DNA of 62,404 nucleotides, counting the filler, from Planctomycetota bacterium (GTDB lineage: Bacteria > Planctomycetota > Planctomycetia > JALXBF01), in assembly GCA_026991575.1 (NCBI GenBank). It is 8 parts of 8 records of this genome, joined end to end, with 100 filler letters (N's around TTAATTAATTAA, not from the genome) between each part and the next. Parts side by side here need not be neighbours in the genome. Positions count along the whole stretch, not along the records: positions 44,120 to 58,178 come from JALXBF010000142.1; positions 58,279 to 62,404 come from JALXBF010000144.1; 6 more parts are not named here. One strand, written 5' to 3'. Made by a program: the position numbers and the translations under genes. The stretch's first letter is position 1. Every line of letters begins with the position of its first letter. The notes under the pieces are model-generated. The model had not been told where the DNA came from. It made no database searches and was given only the letters and a program-made list of their open reading frames with translations. This document shows positions 48,632 to 59,763 of this stretch, piece after piece.

Positions 48632-50068
48632 TCAGTGCACCTCATGCACGACCACCATGTCGTGTCTGGTCGAGGTCCAGTGCGTGCTGCCCAGCACTAC
48701 GATTCGATCGCCTGTCCGGAGCGGCTGCGCGTAGCGCTCGGCGTACTGCTCGACGTAGCGGATCGTGTCGTACGAGGAACGAAATTCGGGCACGAGCACG
48801 GGGCGTGCCCCCCAGCACAGGGTCAGCATGCGCCAGGTCCGTTCATCGTCGGTCAGCGCCAACGTGGGTTGAAAACAGCGCTCCTTCGCAAGCACGAACG
48901 CGCTGTAGCCGGTCTTGGTGGTCACAACCAGGTAGCTTGCTTGGAGCGCTTCGCCGATAGAGGCAGCTGCGGAGGCAAGCGATTCGATCGGTCTGGCCCG
49001 GCCGGTCGGACGCACACCGGACAGCAGTGCCTGATCGCGTCGCAGCAGGGCCTCCGCCTCGGCTACGATCCGGCGCATCGTCTGGACAACGAGCACCGGA
49101 TGCTTGCCCACGGCCGTCTCACCGGACAGCATCAACGCATCGGTTCCGTCCAGGACGGCGTTGGCGACATCGGTCGCTTCGGCCCGCGTCGGCAGCGGAC
49201 TGGTCCTCATGCTCTCCAGCATCTGTGTGGCCGTGATCACGGGCAAGCGATGATCACGGGCGGCACGGAGAATCTCCTTTTGCAACACGGCCATGCGGGC
49301 AATATCGACTTCGACGCCGAGATCGCCTCGGGCAATCATCAGCGCGTCGGAGACCTCTAGCAGGCCTTGCAGGTTGTCCACGGCCGCCTTCCGCTCGATC
49401 TTGGTCACAATCCGGGCGGGAATATGCCGATCACTCAGCGCCTGCCGTAGGTTCAGGACATCCTCGGGCGTCGCCGCGTAGCTGAGCCCGACGAAGTCAA
49501 CATCGATTGCCTTCAGATGATCTAGCAGGTGGAGGTCTTCGTCAGTCAGCGCCTGGAGTCCTCGGCTGACCCCGGGCACATGCACGCCGGAGCGACTACG
49601 AATCTCTCCGGGCTTCTCCACGACGCATTCCGCACGCCCCGGTCGCCGCTCGACCACCCGCCAGCCCACGGTCCCATCAGCCAGCAGCACGGGATCGCCT
49701 ACGTTCAGCAGCTCGGTCAACCCCGGCCAGCTCACGGTCACCTCGTGCACGTCCTGCGGCTCGCGGCCTTCCACGATCGCGAACCGATCACCGACCTGGC
49801 AATAGATCGGACTCTGCACCAGGTCACCGAGGCGGATCTTCGGACCCGGCAGGTCCGCTAGGATTCCAACGGCACGCGCCTTGGCCTGTTCCAGGGCCCG
49901 GATCGTGCGGGCAACCGACAGATGGTGCTCCGGGTCTCCGTGGGTCAGGTTCAAGCGAAAGACGTCCACGCCCGCATCCATGAGGGCAGCCAGCTGGTCC
50001 TGACTGTCGCACGCCGGGCCTACGGTCGCTACAATCTTGCTCTGGATCGACAGCCGTTCCTCGACCAT
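48632..50068 (-). CDS. pyk: Pyruvate kinase
   Basis: KIVATVGPA, FRLNLTHG, DLPGPKIR, KIE, MIARGDLGVE, ATQMLESM, PTRAE, MLSGETA. Confidence 0.97.
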   Translation of the reverse strand: MVEERLSIQSKIVATVGPACDSQDQLAALMDAGVDVFRLNLTHGDPEHHLSVARTIRALEQAKARAVGILADLPGPKIRLGDLVQSPIYCQVGDRFAIVEGREPQDVHEVTVSWPGLTELLNVGDPVLLADGTVGWRVVERRPGRAECVVEKPGEIRSRSGVHVPGVSRGLQALTDEDLHLLDHLKAIDVDFVGLSYAATPEDVLNLRQALSDRHIPARIVTKIERKAAVDNLQGLLEVSDALMIARGDLGVEVDIARMAVLQKEILRAARDHRLPVITATQMLESMRTSPLPTRAEATDVANAVLDGTDALMLSGETAVGKHPVLVVQTMRRIVAEAEALLRRDQALLSGVRPTGRARPIESLASAAASIGEALQASYLVVTTKTGYSAFVLAKERCFQPTLALTDDERTWRMLTLCWGARPVLVPEFRSSYDTIRYVEQYAERYAQPLRTGDRIVVLGSTHWTSTRHDMVVVHEVH

Positions 50069-50138
50069 GAAGCTCCTCCTTCGTCGATGGGCTCGCCACG
50101 GAACCATCCAGTTTAACGGCCAAAGGAGTGTGTCTGAC

Positions 50139-50657
50139 GTGTCCGAACAGCAAGACGACTCCAGGCATAGGCAGGTCGGCTGGCGTTTGTTGTTCTGGCC
50201 GCTACTGGTCGTGCTGGTGGCAGCCGCTCTCTGGCTCCTGCCACGGCTGACCGGGCCGAGAGCGGAGTTGGTTACCGAGGAACTGTTGCGTGCGAAGCGA
50301 AGCCAGTGGCGGGCGGCCGGGATTGACAGCTACGAGATCGAGGTGGAGGTCAGCGGCGCGCAGCGCGGCCATTACCGCGTGGTGGTTCGGGACAGCCGCG
50401 TCGTATCGGCCAGCTTCGACGGCCGACCGCTTGACCAGAAGCGGGCGCGGTACTGGACGGTACACGGCCAGTTCGGTCAGATCGAACGGGAGCTGCGAAA
50501 TGCCCGATCGGGCAAGACGTGGCCCGAAGGGGTGCGCGTCCGCATCTGGGCGTCGTTTGACCCGACCACCGGACGACCGCTCTGGTGGCAGCGGCAGGTG
50601 CAGGGCGGCAGTCAGACGGTGACCGTCCGCACCGTCGCTTTCCGTCGGCTGGACTAG
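50139..50657 (+). CDS. DUF6174-like membrane-anchored protein
   Basis: TM segment, WRAAGIDSYEIEV, TVHGQFGQI, FDPTTGRP. RBS AAGGAG. Confidence 0.6.
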   Translation: MSEQQDDSRHRQVGWRLLFWPLLVVLVAAALWLLPRLTGPRAELVTEELLRAKRSQWRAAGIDSYEIEVEVSGAQRGHYRVVVRDSRVVSASFDGRPLDQKRARYWTVHGQFGQIERELRNARSGKTWPEGVRVRIWASFDPTTGRPLWWQRQVQGGSQTVTVRTVAFRRLD

Positions 50658-50700
50658 CTAGATTGGCTCGCGCGCCCGGTGCACTAGTGCATAGCCCCCC

Positions 50701-52473
50701 TCAGATTTCTAGCCGTTCGAAATGCCGGATCCCCATCCGCATAGGGATCACGGTGACCAAATAGCCAATGACGGCCGCACCGGTCATGGACAGGCCTACC
50801 CAGAAGCGGAACTGACTCAGCGACCAGACCGCGCGGCCATAGCGACCGGACTCCAGACCGGCAAGGTAGAGGTGACAAGGGATTGCCATCATGGCAACGA
50901 TTACCAGGATGAACACCATGCTGAGCACGAGGTTCAGCGTACCGCCAAAGCCGGCCGCAATTCGGGACGGATCGCTCTCGCGCAGATTCGGCAACCTGGC
51001 GCCGAGCCCCACCGACAGGCCACTGAGTCCCAGGCACAGGATCAACACGGTCGCAGCGTGCAGCCCAATCATCCACCAGGCCAGCTTCAGCATGACATCA
51101 CTTAAGATGACCAGCAGCTCGCTGGCGATCACCGAAACGGTCACCGAGTATGCGAACTTGCTCCATAGGATCGTTTCCCGCGGCACAGGCAACAGCCCGA
51201 GGATCCAGAACTTCTTTCCCTCTAGGCTGACCAGCGGAAAGACGAATCGGCTCGTGAACGTAGCCAGGATCAAGGCGGCCACGGTGAGGTTCAGGAAGCT
51301 GATCGCATTGCGCCAATAGAGCGCCTGCTGTTCGTACCGCAAGCTTCGGACATTGACAAAGTAGAGGGCAAGCAGGCCAAAGAACACGAGCAACTGGGAC
51401 CATTGAGCCGGATCGCGCACGAAGGTTCGTAAGTCCTTCAAGAACAGCAACCGTGCGGTGCGGTCCGTGTACCAGAACCCAGTGTGGACGATCTTGTCGA
51501 ACCAACTAGCCGAGCGGGGCAGGCGTCGATCCTGGTGTGAGTGCGCCCGGCTGTAGGCGGTGCGATACGTGGCCGCAGCGAGCTGAACCACCACGACATA
51601 TAGCATTGCGGCGTTCGCTGCCACGACGGCCAGGAAGAAACCGTAGCGGCGCAGGTCACCGGCCAGCAAAGCCAGCAACTGTTCCGCTACCCAGTAGCTG
51701 GGCATCAGCGGCTGCTGACAGAACCGCATACGTGCGATCAGCGCCTCGAGCCAGTCCGGCGTGAACGTCGTTCCGGGCGTGTTGACCACGACGCGGTATG
51801 CCCACACGGCCCCGGCGATCGTTGCCGAGCCGATCAGCACCACGCCGAACCGCAGCGCGTGCCGTGGGATCGCCCGGACCAGCAGCAGTGCGCCGGCCAC
51901 TCCGATTGCCGCGGGAATGGTAACAAACAGCACCAGCGACAGCGGGAACAGGAAGTAGAAATACCAGGGCGCGAGTTTGTTGAGCCCGCAGGCGATCATC
52001 ATCGGGCTGGACAGCAGCAGAAAGCCCCATGAGCTCAGCAGCATCGCCGCCTGGTACTTGTAGATGAAGACGCGTGCATCCGGCAGCGGTGTCTGCAGCA
52101 GCCACTCGGTTTCCGGTGAGCGGAACAGGCCGTGGAAGCCGATCACGCCGGCGGAAAAGATGAGCATGACGGTTAGTGTCATGAAGAAGACGTGGAACAG
52201 GTATGCGGTGAGGTCGGGCCCGATGCGCACGCGGTGCTCGAGAAAATGAAACGCCTCGAAGAAGATCCCGAACAGCAACAACCACAGGATCACACCGAAG
52301 ACGGTGATCATGAAGAGCCGCAGCCGCGACTCACGCAGCCACTGGCCCACCGTGTTCCGCAGATGGCAGCCTCGCAGCCACCACAGCACCAACGGCCGAT
52401 CAAACCGGCGCGGATCGACCGTCGCTTGCTCCAGAACGGTTTCCAACGCGCTATGTGCTAGTGCGTTGCTCAT
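50701..52473 (-). CDS. Putative ABC-2 type exporter permease
   Basis: About 12 TM helices, LFRSPETEWLLQTP, KDLRTFVRDPAQW, RFVFPLVSLEG, KF; follows the ATPase gene. Confidence 0.85.
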   Translation of the reverse strand: MSNALAHSALETVLEQATVDPRRFDRPLVLWWLRGCHLRNTVGQWLRESRLRLFMITVFGVILWLLLFGIFFEAFHFLEHRVRIGPDLTAYLFHVFFMTLTVMLIFSAGVIGFHGLFRSPETEWLLQTPLPDARVFIYKYQAAMLLSSWGFLLLSSPMMIACGLNKLAPWYFYFLFPLSLVLFVTIPAAIGVAGALLLVRAIPRHALRFGVVLIGSATIAGAVWAYRVVVNTPGTTFTPDWLEALIARMRFCQQPLMPSYWVAEQLLALLAGDLRRYGFFLAVVAANAAMLYVVVVQLAAATYRTAYSRAHSHQDRRLPRSASWFDKIVHTGFWYTDRTARLLFLKDLRTFVRDPAQWSQLLVFFGLLALYFVNVRSLRYEQQALYWRNAISFLNLTVAALILATFTSRFVFPLVSLEGKKFWILGLLPVPRETILWSKFAYSVTVSVIASELLVILSDVMLKLAWWMIGLHAATVLILCLGLSGLSVGLGARLPNLRESDPSRIAAGFGGTLNLVLSMVFILVIVAMMAIPCHLYLAGLESGRYGRAVWSLSQFRFWVGLSMTGAAVIGYLVTVIPMRMGIRHFERLEI

Positions 52474-53221
52474 GCTGTTGGGCTTCAGTTTCTTCGGCGA
52501 TTAATGTCAGGAACAGATCTTCCAAACGCGCGTCGGTTTGCCGCTCGCGGCGCAGCTGCTCGATCGTACCACACCAGATCAGCCGGCCCCGGTTCAGGAT
52601 CCCGATCCGGTCGGCCACCTCCTCGGCCACCGACAGCGTGTGGGTCGACATGAAGACAGTGCCACCGTGCCGTGTGCGCTGTTTCAGCAGGTCCTTGACC
52701 AGTCGTGCCGTGGGCGGGTCAAGCCCCACGAGCGGTTCATCGACGACCAGCACTTCCGGATCGCGCAGCAGCGCGGCGGCAAACACGACACGTTGCTTCA
52801 TGCCGTGCGAGTAGGTCTCGGCCAAGTAGTCGATGTAGCCCGCCATATCGAACAGATCCACGAGCTCCTCGATACGCCGCTTGCCCGTCAGCTCATCCAT
52901 GCCGTAGAGGCGGTAGACCAACGTGAGGAACTCGCGACCGGTGAGCTTCTCGTACAGGTACGGTTCGTCCGCCACGTACGCCAGCGACCGGCGAGCCAAC
53001 TCCCCCTGACGAACAACGTCGTAGCCAAGGACGCGGACCGTGCCCGACGTCGGGCGAAGGAGACCGCAGATCAGCTTGATCGTGGTCGTTTTGCCCGCGC
53101 CATTCGGGCCAAGGAAAGCAAACAGCTCCCCCCGGCGCACGGTCAGGCACAGATTGTCAACAGCTATCTTCGTGCCGTAGCACTTCGTGACGTGGTCTAA
53201 CTCAACGGCCGGAAACTCCAT
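52451..53221 (-). CDS. ABC exporter ATP-binding protein
   Basis: GPNGAGKTT, YSHGMKQR, VVDEP, STH. Confidence 0.93.
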   Translation of the reverse strand: MEFPAVELDHVTKCYGTKIAVDNLCLTVRRGELFAFLGPNGAGKTTTIKLICGLLRPTSGTVRVLGYDVVRQGELARRSLAYVADEPYLYEKLTGREFLTLVYRLYGMDELTGKRRIEELVDLFDMAGYIDYLAETYSHGMKQRVVFAAALLRDPEVLVVDEPLVGLDPPTARLVKDLLKQRTRHGGTVFMSTHTLSVAEEVADRIGILNRGRLIWCGTIEQLRRERQTDARLEDLFLTLIAEETEAQQHEQRTST

Positions 53222-54035
53222 TGGGAATCCACGCATCCCGGTACCGGGCTTGTCTAGGAAGCCGGACCACCGTGTAGGTCGCCCAGCCAAACGGCACCTC
53301 CTGGCGCAGAATCGTACCGTCCAGCGCCACCAGGCTACGAGTCTTCATGCCACCGTAGTCCTGCTCGACGATGTACGCACGCAGCGACTGACCGGCCCAG
53401 GGTACCTGGCGCGCCCCGACGACACGACAGCGCACCAGGCCTGGCGTCCCGCGAATCGGATCGACAACCTTCCAGCTCCAGCTCATTCCAGGTCGCAGTC
53501 GACTCAGACGGTCCATAGGCACCAGGCCGCTGGACCACACGGCCGTCGAGTCGTAGTAGAAGGACAGCCGCTGGCGAAACCGGTCCACGCGGACCGTGAC
53601 ATCAAGCCGGTCGCCGCGACGTACCCCGTCGACGCTTGCCAGCAGCGTCCGGTGGGCTAGTAGCAGTTCGGTATCGAAACGGATCAGTTCGCCGTCGTCG
53701 GTCACGTAGGTGGCCGAGCGAACTGTGAGTGGCTCATGGGTTTGGAGCTTGCCAAACAGTGTTACCAGCGGACTTTGCCACAGCACCACCACGGCGCGCG
53801 ACACTGCTCCTTCCGGGGCAAGCTCCCACCACATCCGGGCGCGCCCCACCGCCTTGCCTGAACGGTAGATCATCCAGTGACTTGGTCCCTCCGCGATCAA
53901 GGACCGGACATCGGGCACGACCGGACGGGGCACCTCCGTAGCACGCCAGCGCGGCAAGACCTCCTGCCGCACCAGCAAAGCCATCGTCGTACACCAGAAA
54001 ATCACGATCAGGACCGTGGACCACCGTCCAGGCAT
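53202..54035 (-). CDS. Membrane-anchored hypothetical protein in the ABC operon
   Basis: N-terminal TM (IVIFWCTTMALL) with beta-rich body; overlaps the ATPase start. Confidence 0.7.
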   Translation of the reverse strand: MPGRWSTVLIVIFWCTTMALLVRQEVLPRWRATEVPRPVVPDVRSLIAEGPSHWMIYRSGKAVGRARMWWELAPEGAVSRAVVVLWQSPLVTLFGKLQTHEPLTVRSATYVTDDGELIRFDTELLLAHRTLLASVDGVRRGDRLDVTVRVDRFRQRLSFYYDSTAVWSSGLVPMDRLSRLRPGMSWSWKVVDPIRGTPGLVRCRVVGARQVPWAGQSLRAYIVEQDYGGMKTRSLVALDGTILRQEVPFGWATYTVVRLPRQARYRDAWIPNGVSGR

Positions 54036-54230
54036 ACACGCTCCCGCTGAACAATCACCGGCGAGCAACCACTGCATCCTACCTGTATTGTGACGACTGG
54101 AGCCGCCGCCGTCGACCGAACCCCCCGGCAGCCCACCGCTCGGCTACCACCTCGCAGCACGATCGGCCTGGGCGGCGCCTGGCATCGGTCAAGCTTGACC
54201 ACGACGGCCGCTTGGCGATAATCGGCCCAG

Positions 54231-56045
54231 ATGACCCGTAGGCTCGGTTCGAACGGGCCGCTTATGGCAGGAGGCCAACCCGTGAGCCATACGACAACCT
54301 GCAACGGGCGCGGCCAACAAACCATCCCGGTGCCCGGTGCCATCGTCGCCGCTATGGTGCTTGCTGCCGTCCAGGTTGCCGCAGTTGCGCAAAGCGAAAC
54401 GGCTGGCGACACGTGGGAACAGGCACAGCAATTGTTCTCGGCCCGGAACTACAGTGAATGCATCCGACTGCTGGAACGTCCAGGGCCGGCCGCGGCGACT
54501 TCGGCACGGAAGCTAACGCTGCTGTGTGCCGCTTATCGTGAACTCATCAAGCAGGCCCTGCGCGACGGTGATCAGGCACGCGTCGCACAGCTGGTCGAAC
54601 GGCTCCGCCAGCACGAACGCGTGCTTCTGCGGCTCGAGTCGCGCAGGCTTGGCATGAGCTCTGCCAGCGAAAACGCTCGCAGCAGTGCACCTGGTCGGCC
54701 CCCCACGTCGGACGACGCCAACAGGCCGGCCGAGCAGTTCACCCGGGACCGCGGCGGCTGGCGGCCGCGGCGACAGCCCCCGGCACGCAAACCTGCGGCC
54801 CGCGACCGGCAGGTCACAGCCGTGGCCGATGCCCGTCCGGTCCAGCAGCCTACCCCTCCCACGACCTCCGGCCAACCCGTACAACTACTCCATCAGGCGA
54901 ACGCGGCGTTCGCCCGGAAGGATTACGCCACTGCCAGTAAGCTCTACCGGACCATCCACCGCAAGGGGCCACAGTACCTTTCGTCCGCGGCACTAAGGCG
55001 ATGGGCTTACTGCAGGCTGACAGAGGTGGTCAACCTGGTGAACCGCGGCCCGCGCAGCGAAGCGGAGTGGCGAGCAGCAGAGGCAGAGCTGAACGACGTC
55101 CTCAACTTGCTGCTGCAGCGCGGCAGTCAGGAGCCGGAGAAGGACCCACTGGTCCGGTACACGCGTTTCCTGCTCGGTGTGGTCAAAGAGCGCCAGGGGC
55201 CGCAGCGGAAGTCGCCCGAAATGATCCGAGCCGCCGAGCCGGAGTCATCGTCGAACCGTCCACGTTTGCTGGAACGCTTCCGTAGGCCATACCCGCCTGC
55301 GACGGTCGACCTGACGAGCCCTCGCCACCGCGCGCAGGCTGGCGGCGCGGCGCTCCACCGGCTGCGCACGCGGAACTTCGTTGTGCTGGGCATGGACCCG
55401 TACGCGCTGCAACACGTAGCGCCCGTCCTCGAAAAGGCCAGACAGGACGTGGCGGCGCGCCTGCCACTGCCAGGGCTTCAGATCACGCCATGGGATCCCC
55501 CCTGTGTCGTGCGGTTCCATGTGGCCGCCACCGGTCCGGCACCGGCCGTCTCCACCATTCAGCTTGATGCCGGTCGGGTGACGGCACGTGTGATTGACGT
55601 CTATCCGGACGCGGCTGACAACCTGGAAGCTGTACTGCGACATGAACTGGCCCACGTGTGGATCTCCAGCACGTACCGGCCTGCCCCGGCACCGGCTTGG
55701 CTCGATGAAGGTCTGGCCATTCTGGTGGAGCCGCCAGACCGTTTCGCCGCCCACCTGCGCAACCTGCGTCGCTACGAGAACGCCGGCCTGGTAACCGCCG
55801 GAGCTCTTCTGGGCAAAGACCGCCAGCTACCTCAGGCTGTGCACTACGCGGCCAGTGCCTCGCTGTGCCGCTTTCTGCTAGAGCGGTACGGCGGGGATGG
55901 GCTGCTTCGCTTCGCGCACGCAGCCCAGCAGGTTGGACCGGATCGAGCGGCGCACGAGGTGTTGGGGCTTGATGGCATCGTGGGCCTGGAGCGCGCGTGG
56001 CAATCCGCCCGCGCTGCGCAGTACGTGTACGTGGGGCTCCGCTGA
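54231..56045 (+). CDS. Exported TPR-like protein with C-terminal clan MA (gluzincin) metallopeptidase domain
   Basis: Signal-like AMVLAAVQVAAVAQ, TRNFVV, LRHELAHV (HExxH) and PAWLDEGLA. Start probably downstream of 54231. Confidence 0.75.
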   Translation: MTRRLGSNGPLMAGGQPVSHTTTCNGRGQQTIPVPGAIVAAMVLAAVQVAAVAQSETAGDTWEQAQQLFSARNYSECIRLLERPGPAAATSARKLTLLCAAYRELIKQALRDGDQARVAQLVERLRQHERVLLRLESRRLGMSSASENARSSAPGRPPTSDDANRPAEQFTRDRGGWRPRRQPPARKPAARDRQVTAVADARPVQQPTPPTTSGQPVQLLHQANAAFARKDYATASKLYRTIHRKGPQYLSSAALRRWAYCRLTEVVNLVNRGPRSEAEWRAAEAELNDVLNLLLQRGSQEPEKDPLVRYTRFLLGVVKERQGPQRKSPEMIRAAEPESSSNRPRLLERFRRPYPPATVDLTSPRHRAQAGGAALHRLRTRNFVVLGMDPYALQHVAPVLEKARQDVAARLPLPGLQITPWDPPCVVRFHVAATGPAPAVSTIQLDAGRVTARVIDVYPDAADNLEAVLRHELAHVWISSTYRPAPAPAWLDEGLAILVEPPDRFAAHLRNLRRYENAGLVTAGALLGKDRQLPQAVHYAASASLCRFLLERYGGDGLLRFAHAAQQVGPDRAAHEVLGLDGIVGLERAWQSARAAQYVYVGLR

Positions 56046-56149
56046 AGCCAGCAGTCTGCCTCGCTGGGTCGGCCGGCGCGCAACCGGGCGCAGTCCCGGG
56101 CCGCGGCCTGGCGCCGATGCCAGCCCTCCGCGCGGCCCACAGGCGGCGA

Positions 56150-57532
56150 TCAAGGCCAGATGCCGCGCTCCAGTGTTACGTGGGCCACCCGGTCCAGGGC
56201 CAATGCGAGCGCCGCTGTTCGCAGGTCCGGTGGGCCGAGCGACTCGGCGTCCGGTCCATAGCGCTCCTGGCGGCTGCGATTGATCTGGTCCAGGTTCTCG
56301 GTAAGCCGCTTCTGTTGCCGCATCACGTCGTCCGTGGCCCGCTCCATCTTGGAGCGTAGCTTAGCGTTGACCTCGTCCTCTGGCCACCGCTCGTTCTCGA
56401 TGTTCTGCACCCACTCGAAGTAACTCACCGTCACGCCGCCCGCGTTAGCGAGGATGTCCGGGATGACGACCACGCCACGCTCGCGCAAGATCAGGTCAGC
56501 CCGTGGGGTCGTTGGCCCGTTGGCCGCTTCGGCCACCAGTCTGGCCTGGATGCGTGCGGCGTTCTTGCTGGTGATCTGTTTCTCGAATGCAGCGGGGATC
56601 AAGATGTCGCAGGGAAGCTCGAGCAGCTCGGCATTCGTGATCGTCCGTGCCCCGGGAAAATCGATCACCGAACCGGTCCGCTGTTTATGCTCCAGCACGG
56701 CCTCTGGATCCAGGCCACGCTCGTTGACGATCCCCCCCTTGCTGTCACTGACCGCCACGATGCATGCCCCCCGCTCTGCCAGCAGACGGGCGGCAATGCT
56801 ACCGACATTACCGTAGCCCTGGATCACTACGGATGCGCCGCGGAGCACGTCCCGGTCGGGCAGTACGCGATACGCCAACGTCCGCTCGATGACGAAGACA
56901 CAGCCGCGAGCCGTTGCTTCGCGTCGCCCGAGCGACCCGCCGATATCGACCGGTTTGCCCGTGACGACCGGCAGGTTGTTTCGGCCCGGGTGCATCATGT
57001 CGTACGTATCGTAGATCCAGGCCATGGTCTGTTCATCGGTGTACAGGTCGGGAGCAGGGATGTCGGTATGGGGACCGATCAGATCGCCCAGTTCGGTGAT
57101 ATAGCGGCGGGTGATCTGCCGCAGCACTTTCTTGGACAGCTCCTTCGGGTTACAGATCACGCCGCCCTTGGCACCCCCGAACGGCACGTCGACGATGGCA
57201 CATTTCCAGGTCATCCACGACGCCAGTGCCCGCACCTCCTGCTCACTCACCTCAGGGTGATACCGGATGCCGCCCTTGCCCGGGCCGCGCACCCGGCTGT
57301 GCAGGATCCGGTAGCCAACGAACGTGCGCACGCTGCCGTCCTCAACCTCCACGGGAAACTCCACCGTCACCGTGCGCACGCAGTGGCTGAGGAACTCCAG
57401 CAGGCCCTGCTTCACGTGAGGCAAGTACTGGGCCGCCGTGTAGAACTGGTAGCGTGAGATCGTGTATAGATCGGCGTCATCGGATGGTACCTCCAGCGGT
57501 CTGGACAGGGTCTCCGCGATGCTCACGGCCAT
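56150..57532 (-). CDS. gdhA: Glu/Leu/Phe/Val dehydrogenase (glutamate dehydrogenase)
   Basis: GPGKGGIRYHP, MTWKCA, FGGAKGG, DIPAPD, VTGKP, QGYGNVG, EAANGPTT, NAGGVTVSYFEW. Confidence 0.93.
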   Translation of the reverse strand: MAVSIAETLSRPLEVPSDDADLYTISRYQFYTAAQYLPHVKQGLLEFLSHCVRTVTVEFPVEVEDGSVRTFVGYRILHSRVRGPGKGGIRYHPEVSEQEVRALASWMTWKCAIVDVPFGGAKGGVICNPKELSKKVLRQITRRYITELGDLIGPHTDIPAPDLYTDEQTMAWIYDTYDMMHPGRNNLPVVTGKPVDIGGSLGRREATARGCVFVIERTLAYRVLPDRDVLRGASVVIQGYGNVGSIAARLLAERGACIVAVSDSKGGIVNERGLDPEAVLEHKQRTGSVIDFPGARTITNAELLELPCDILIPAAFEKQITSKNAARIQARLVAEAANGPTTPRADLILRERGVVVIPDILANAGGVTVSYFEWVQNIENERWPEDEVNAKLRSKMERATDDVMRQQKRLTENLDQINRSRQERYGPDAESLGPPDLRTAALALALDRVAHVTLERGIWP

Positions 57533-57715
57533 GCCCCACTTCTCCACTTCGTTCGCCCGGTGCGAAACGGACTGGACGATCAGGATAAACGCCGCACACG
57601 CCGAAATCAATAACCCACCCTGCCGGCAATCGGGCGTCCTGCCGGCCAGGGGTCGGTAACATTAGGTAGCGTCTCGAGACGTGCCTGTCACCGGAGCCGG
57701 CATGTAGGGCCTTCG

Positions 57716-58178
57716 ATGAACGCTTCGCCGCAGACGGAACAAGGCGCGGTCTTCTGCTTCGTGGCACTCGGCTGTGCCAAGAACCTGGTCGACTCTGAGC
57801 GGATCCTGGGCGAGCTCGCCTCGGAAGGATTCGTGCTCAGTCATGAGCCGGACGGGGCCGATTTCGTTGTGGTTAACACTTGCGGCTTCATCCAGGCGGC
57901 CCGGGACGAATCGCTTGGCGTCCTGCGCGAGATGGCCGCGCTGAAGCGCGCCGGCCGCATCGGGGCGCTGTTCGTGGCCGGGTGCTTGGCCGAGCGGTTG
58001 CGCGAGCGGCTTCTGGAAGAGGTCCCCGAGATCGACGGCATGGTCGGCGTGTTCAGCCGCGACGAGCTGGTGCGACTCGTGCGCCGCCATCTGGCCGGGC
58101 TGCGCGAACAACGGCTACTATTTCGGCCCGCGCCGGCTCGTCCGCTCGACGATCGCGTCCGGCTGAGAATCACGCCCA
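57716..58178 (+). CDS. rimO: Ribosomal protein S12 methylthiotransferase (3' truncated)
   Basis: LGCAKNLVDSE, VNTCGFI..A.DES, VAGCLAER. Confidence 0.9.
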
Positions 58179-58278
58179 NNNNNNNNNNNNNNNNNNNNNN
58201 NNNNNNNNNNNNNNNNNNNNNNTTAATTAATTAANNNNNNNNNNNNNNNNNNNNNNNNNNNNNNNNNNNNNNNNNNNN

Positions 58279-59713
58279 CACCGTGACGGCGAAGGATCCG
58301 AACCAACTCCGCCACGACCTCCCGACGCTTGTCTGCAAGATTCACCGTCTCCCATGGGTCAGTGAGGTAGTCGTACAGCTCGTACTCGGCCGTCTCCAGA
58401 GGTGCCCCAAACGGTCGCCATTCCACTAGCCTGTATCGCTCCGTGCGAACCGCCCGTCCGAGGCGTCCGCCACGCGGATAGCAGTGGTACACGTGGTCCT
58501 TGACGCGCCGCGTTGGATTACGCAGGACCGGCACGAGCGAAACGCCATCCATCGGCTGTGGCCCGCTCGGAGGAGGCAGGCCGGCCAGCTCGCACAGCGT
58601 TGGATAAATGTCTACCGTGGCCGCCAAGGCGCGGGTCACGGTGCCCGGGCGTGTCACGCCCGGGGCAACGATGGCCAATGGAATGCGTGTGGCCTGCTCA
58701 TAGTTGGTGTGCTTGGTCCACATGCCGTGGTCGCCGAGATGGTAGCCATGGTCCCCCCAGAGCACAATGATTGTCCGCTCGGCCAACCCAAGACGGTCCA
58801 GCTCATCCAGAACCTTGCCAATCTGGGCATCCACATACGAGACTGCCGCATAGTAGCCATGGATCAGGCGGCGCACCAGCCAATCCGGCACCGGCGGCTC
58901 CACCGGCACGGGCCGATACTGGTTCAGCTCGCCGAGCTTCTTCACAGCGTACGGCGGAGCCCCCCGTGGTGGCACTGTCACCACGGGCATCGGCAAGCTG
59001 GCCGGATCGTACAACCGCCAGTAACGCTCCGGAACACAGAATGGCAGGTGAGGTTTCACAAAGCCGATTGCCAGGAAAAACGGCCGGGACATGGTGGCGT
59101 ACTGCCGCAAGCGGCGTACGGCCTCTGCTGCGATTCGCCCATCGGCGTATGCCTCATCCGGCAACTCGGCACGCTCCCAAGCCGGTCCGCGGGGCAGGCC
59201 TCGGGCCGGCCGATTCGCAAACAAAGCCTCCTCCCGTGTCAGACGCCCGCCGGTACTGTCAGGCAGGGCGTACTCCACAACCTTCTCCGGGTGAAACGGG
59301 ACGCTCCAGGAACGCGGATCGTCATGATTGCCGTGCCCGATGTGAAACACTTTGCCGATCCCGGCAGTTAGGTAGCCGTGAGCCTTGAAGTACTGCGGCA
59401 GCGTCACCGCCTCTGGCTCCGCACGGCGGAAGAAGGTGCCCAGGTCGTAGATCCCGAGCGACGTCGACCGGGAACCGACCAACAGATTGTTTCGCGACGG
59501 CGCGCACACGGCCTGGTTGCAGTAGGCGTGCTCAAAGCGGATGCCACGACCACAGAGCCGGTCCAGGTTGGGCGAGCGCACCCAGGTATCACCGTAAGCG
59601 CCGAAGGAGGGCTTCAGATCGTCGACGATGATGAGCAGCACGTTAGGGCGCGGCTGAGCCGAGGCTGCCGCGGCGATCAGCAGAACGACCGCCAGGCTAA
59701 GCGGATGCACCAT
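58279..59713 (-). CDS. Formylglycine-dependent sulfatase (iduronate-2-sulfatase-like), 3' truncated
   Basis: Signal peptide, PNVLLIIVDDL, CAPSR (CxPxR), GKVFH, GFVKPHLPF, GDHGYHLG. Confidence 0.93.
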
Positions 59714-59763
59714 GAGGACGCCTCCTGGTCGCGACAATAAAGCCAGCGTCGACGCCTGCCCGG

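Noticed and set aside
14965..58278. Seven repeats of TTAATTAATTAA in N-runs, and ORFs ending in 'XXXLIN'
   Set aside because: These are artificial contig linkers, not biological repeats. Cross-linker neighbourhoods such as IS-methylase or intron-transposases were not interpreted.
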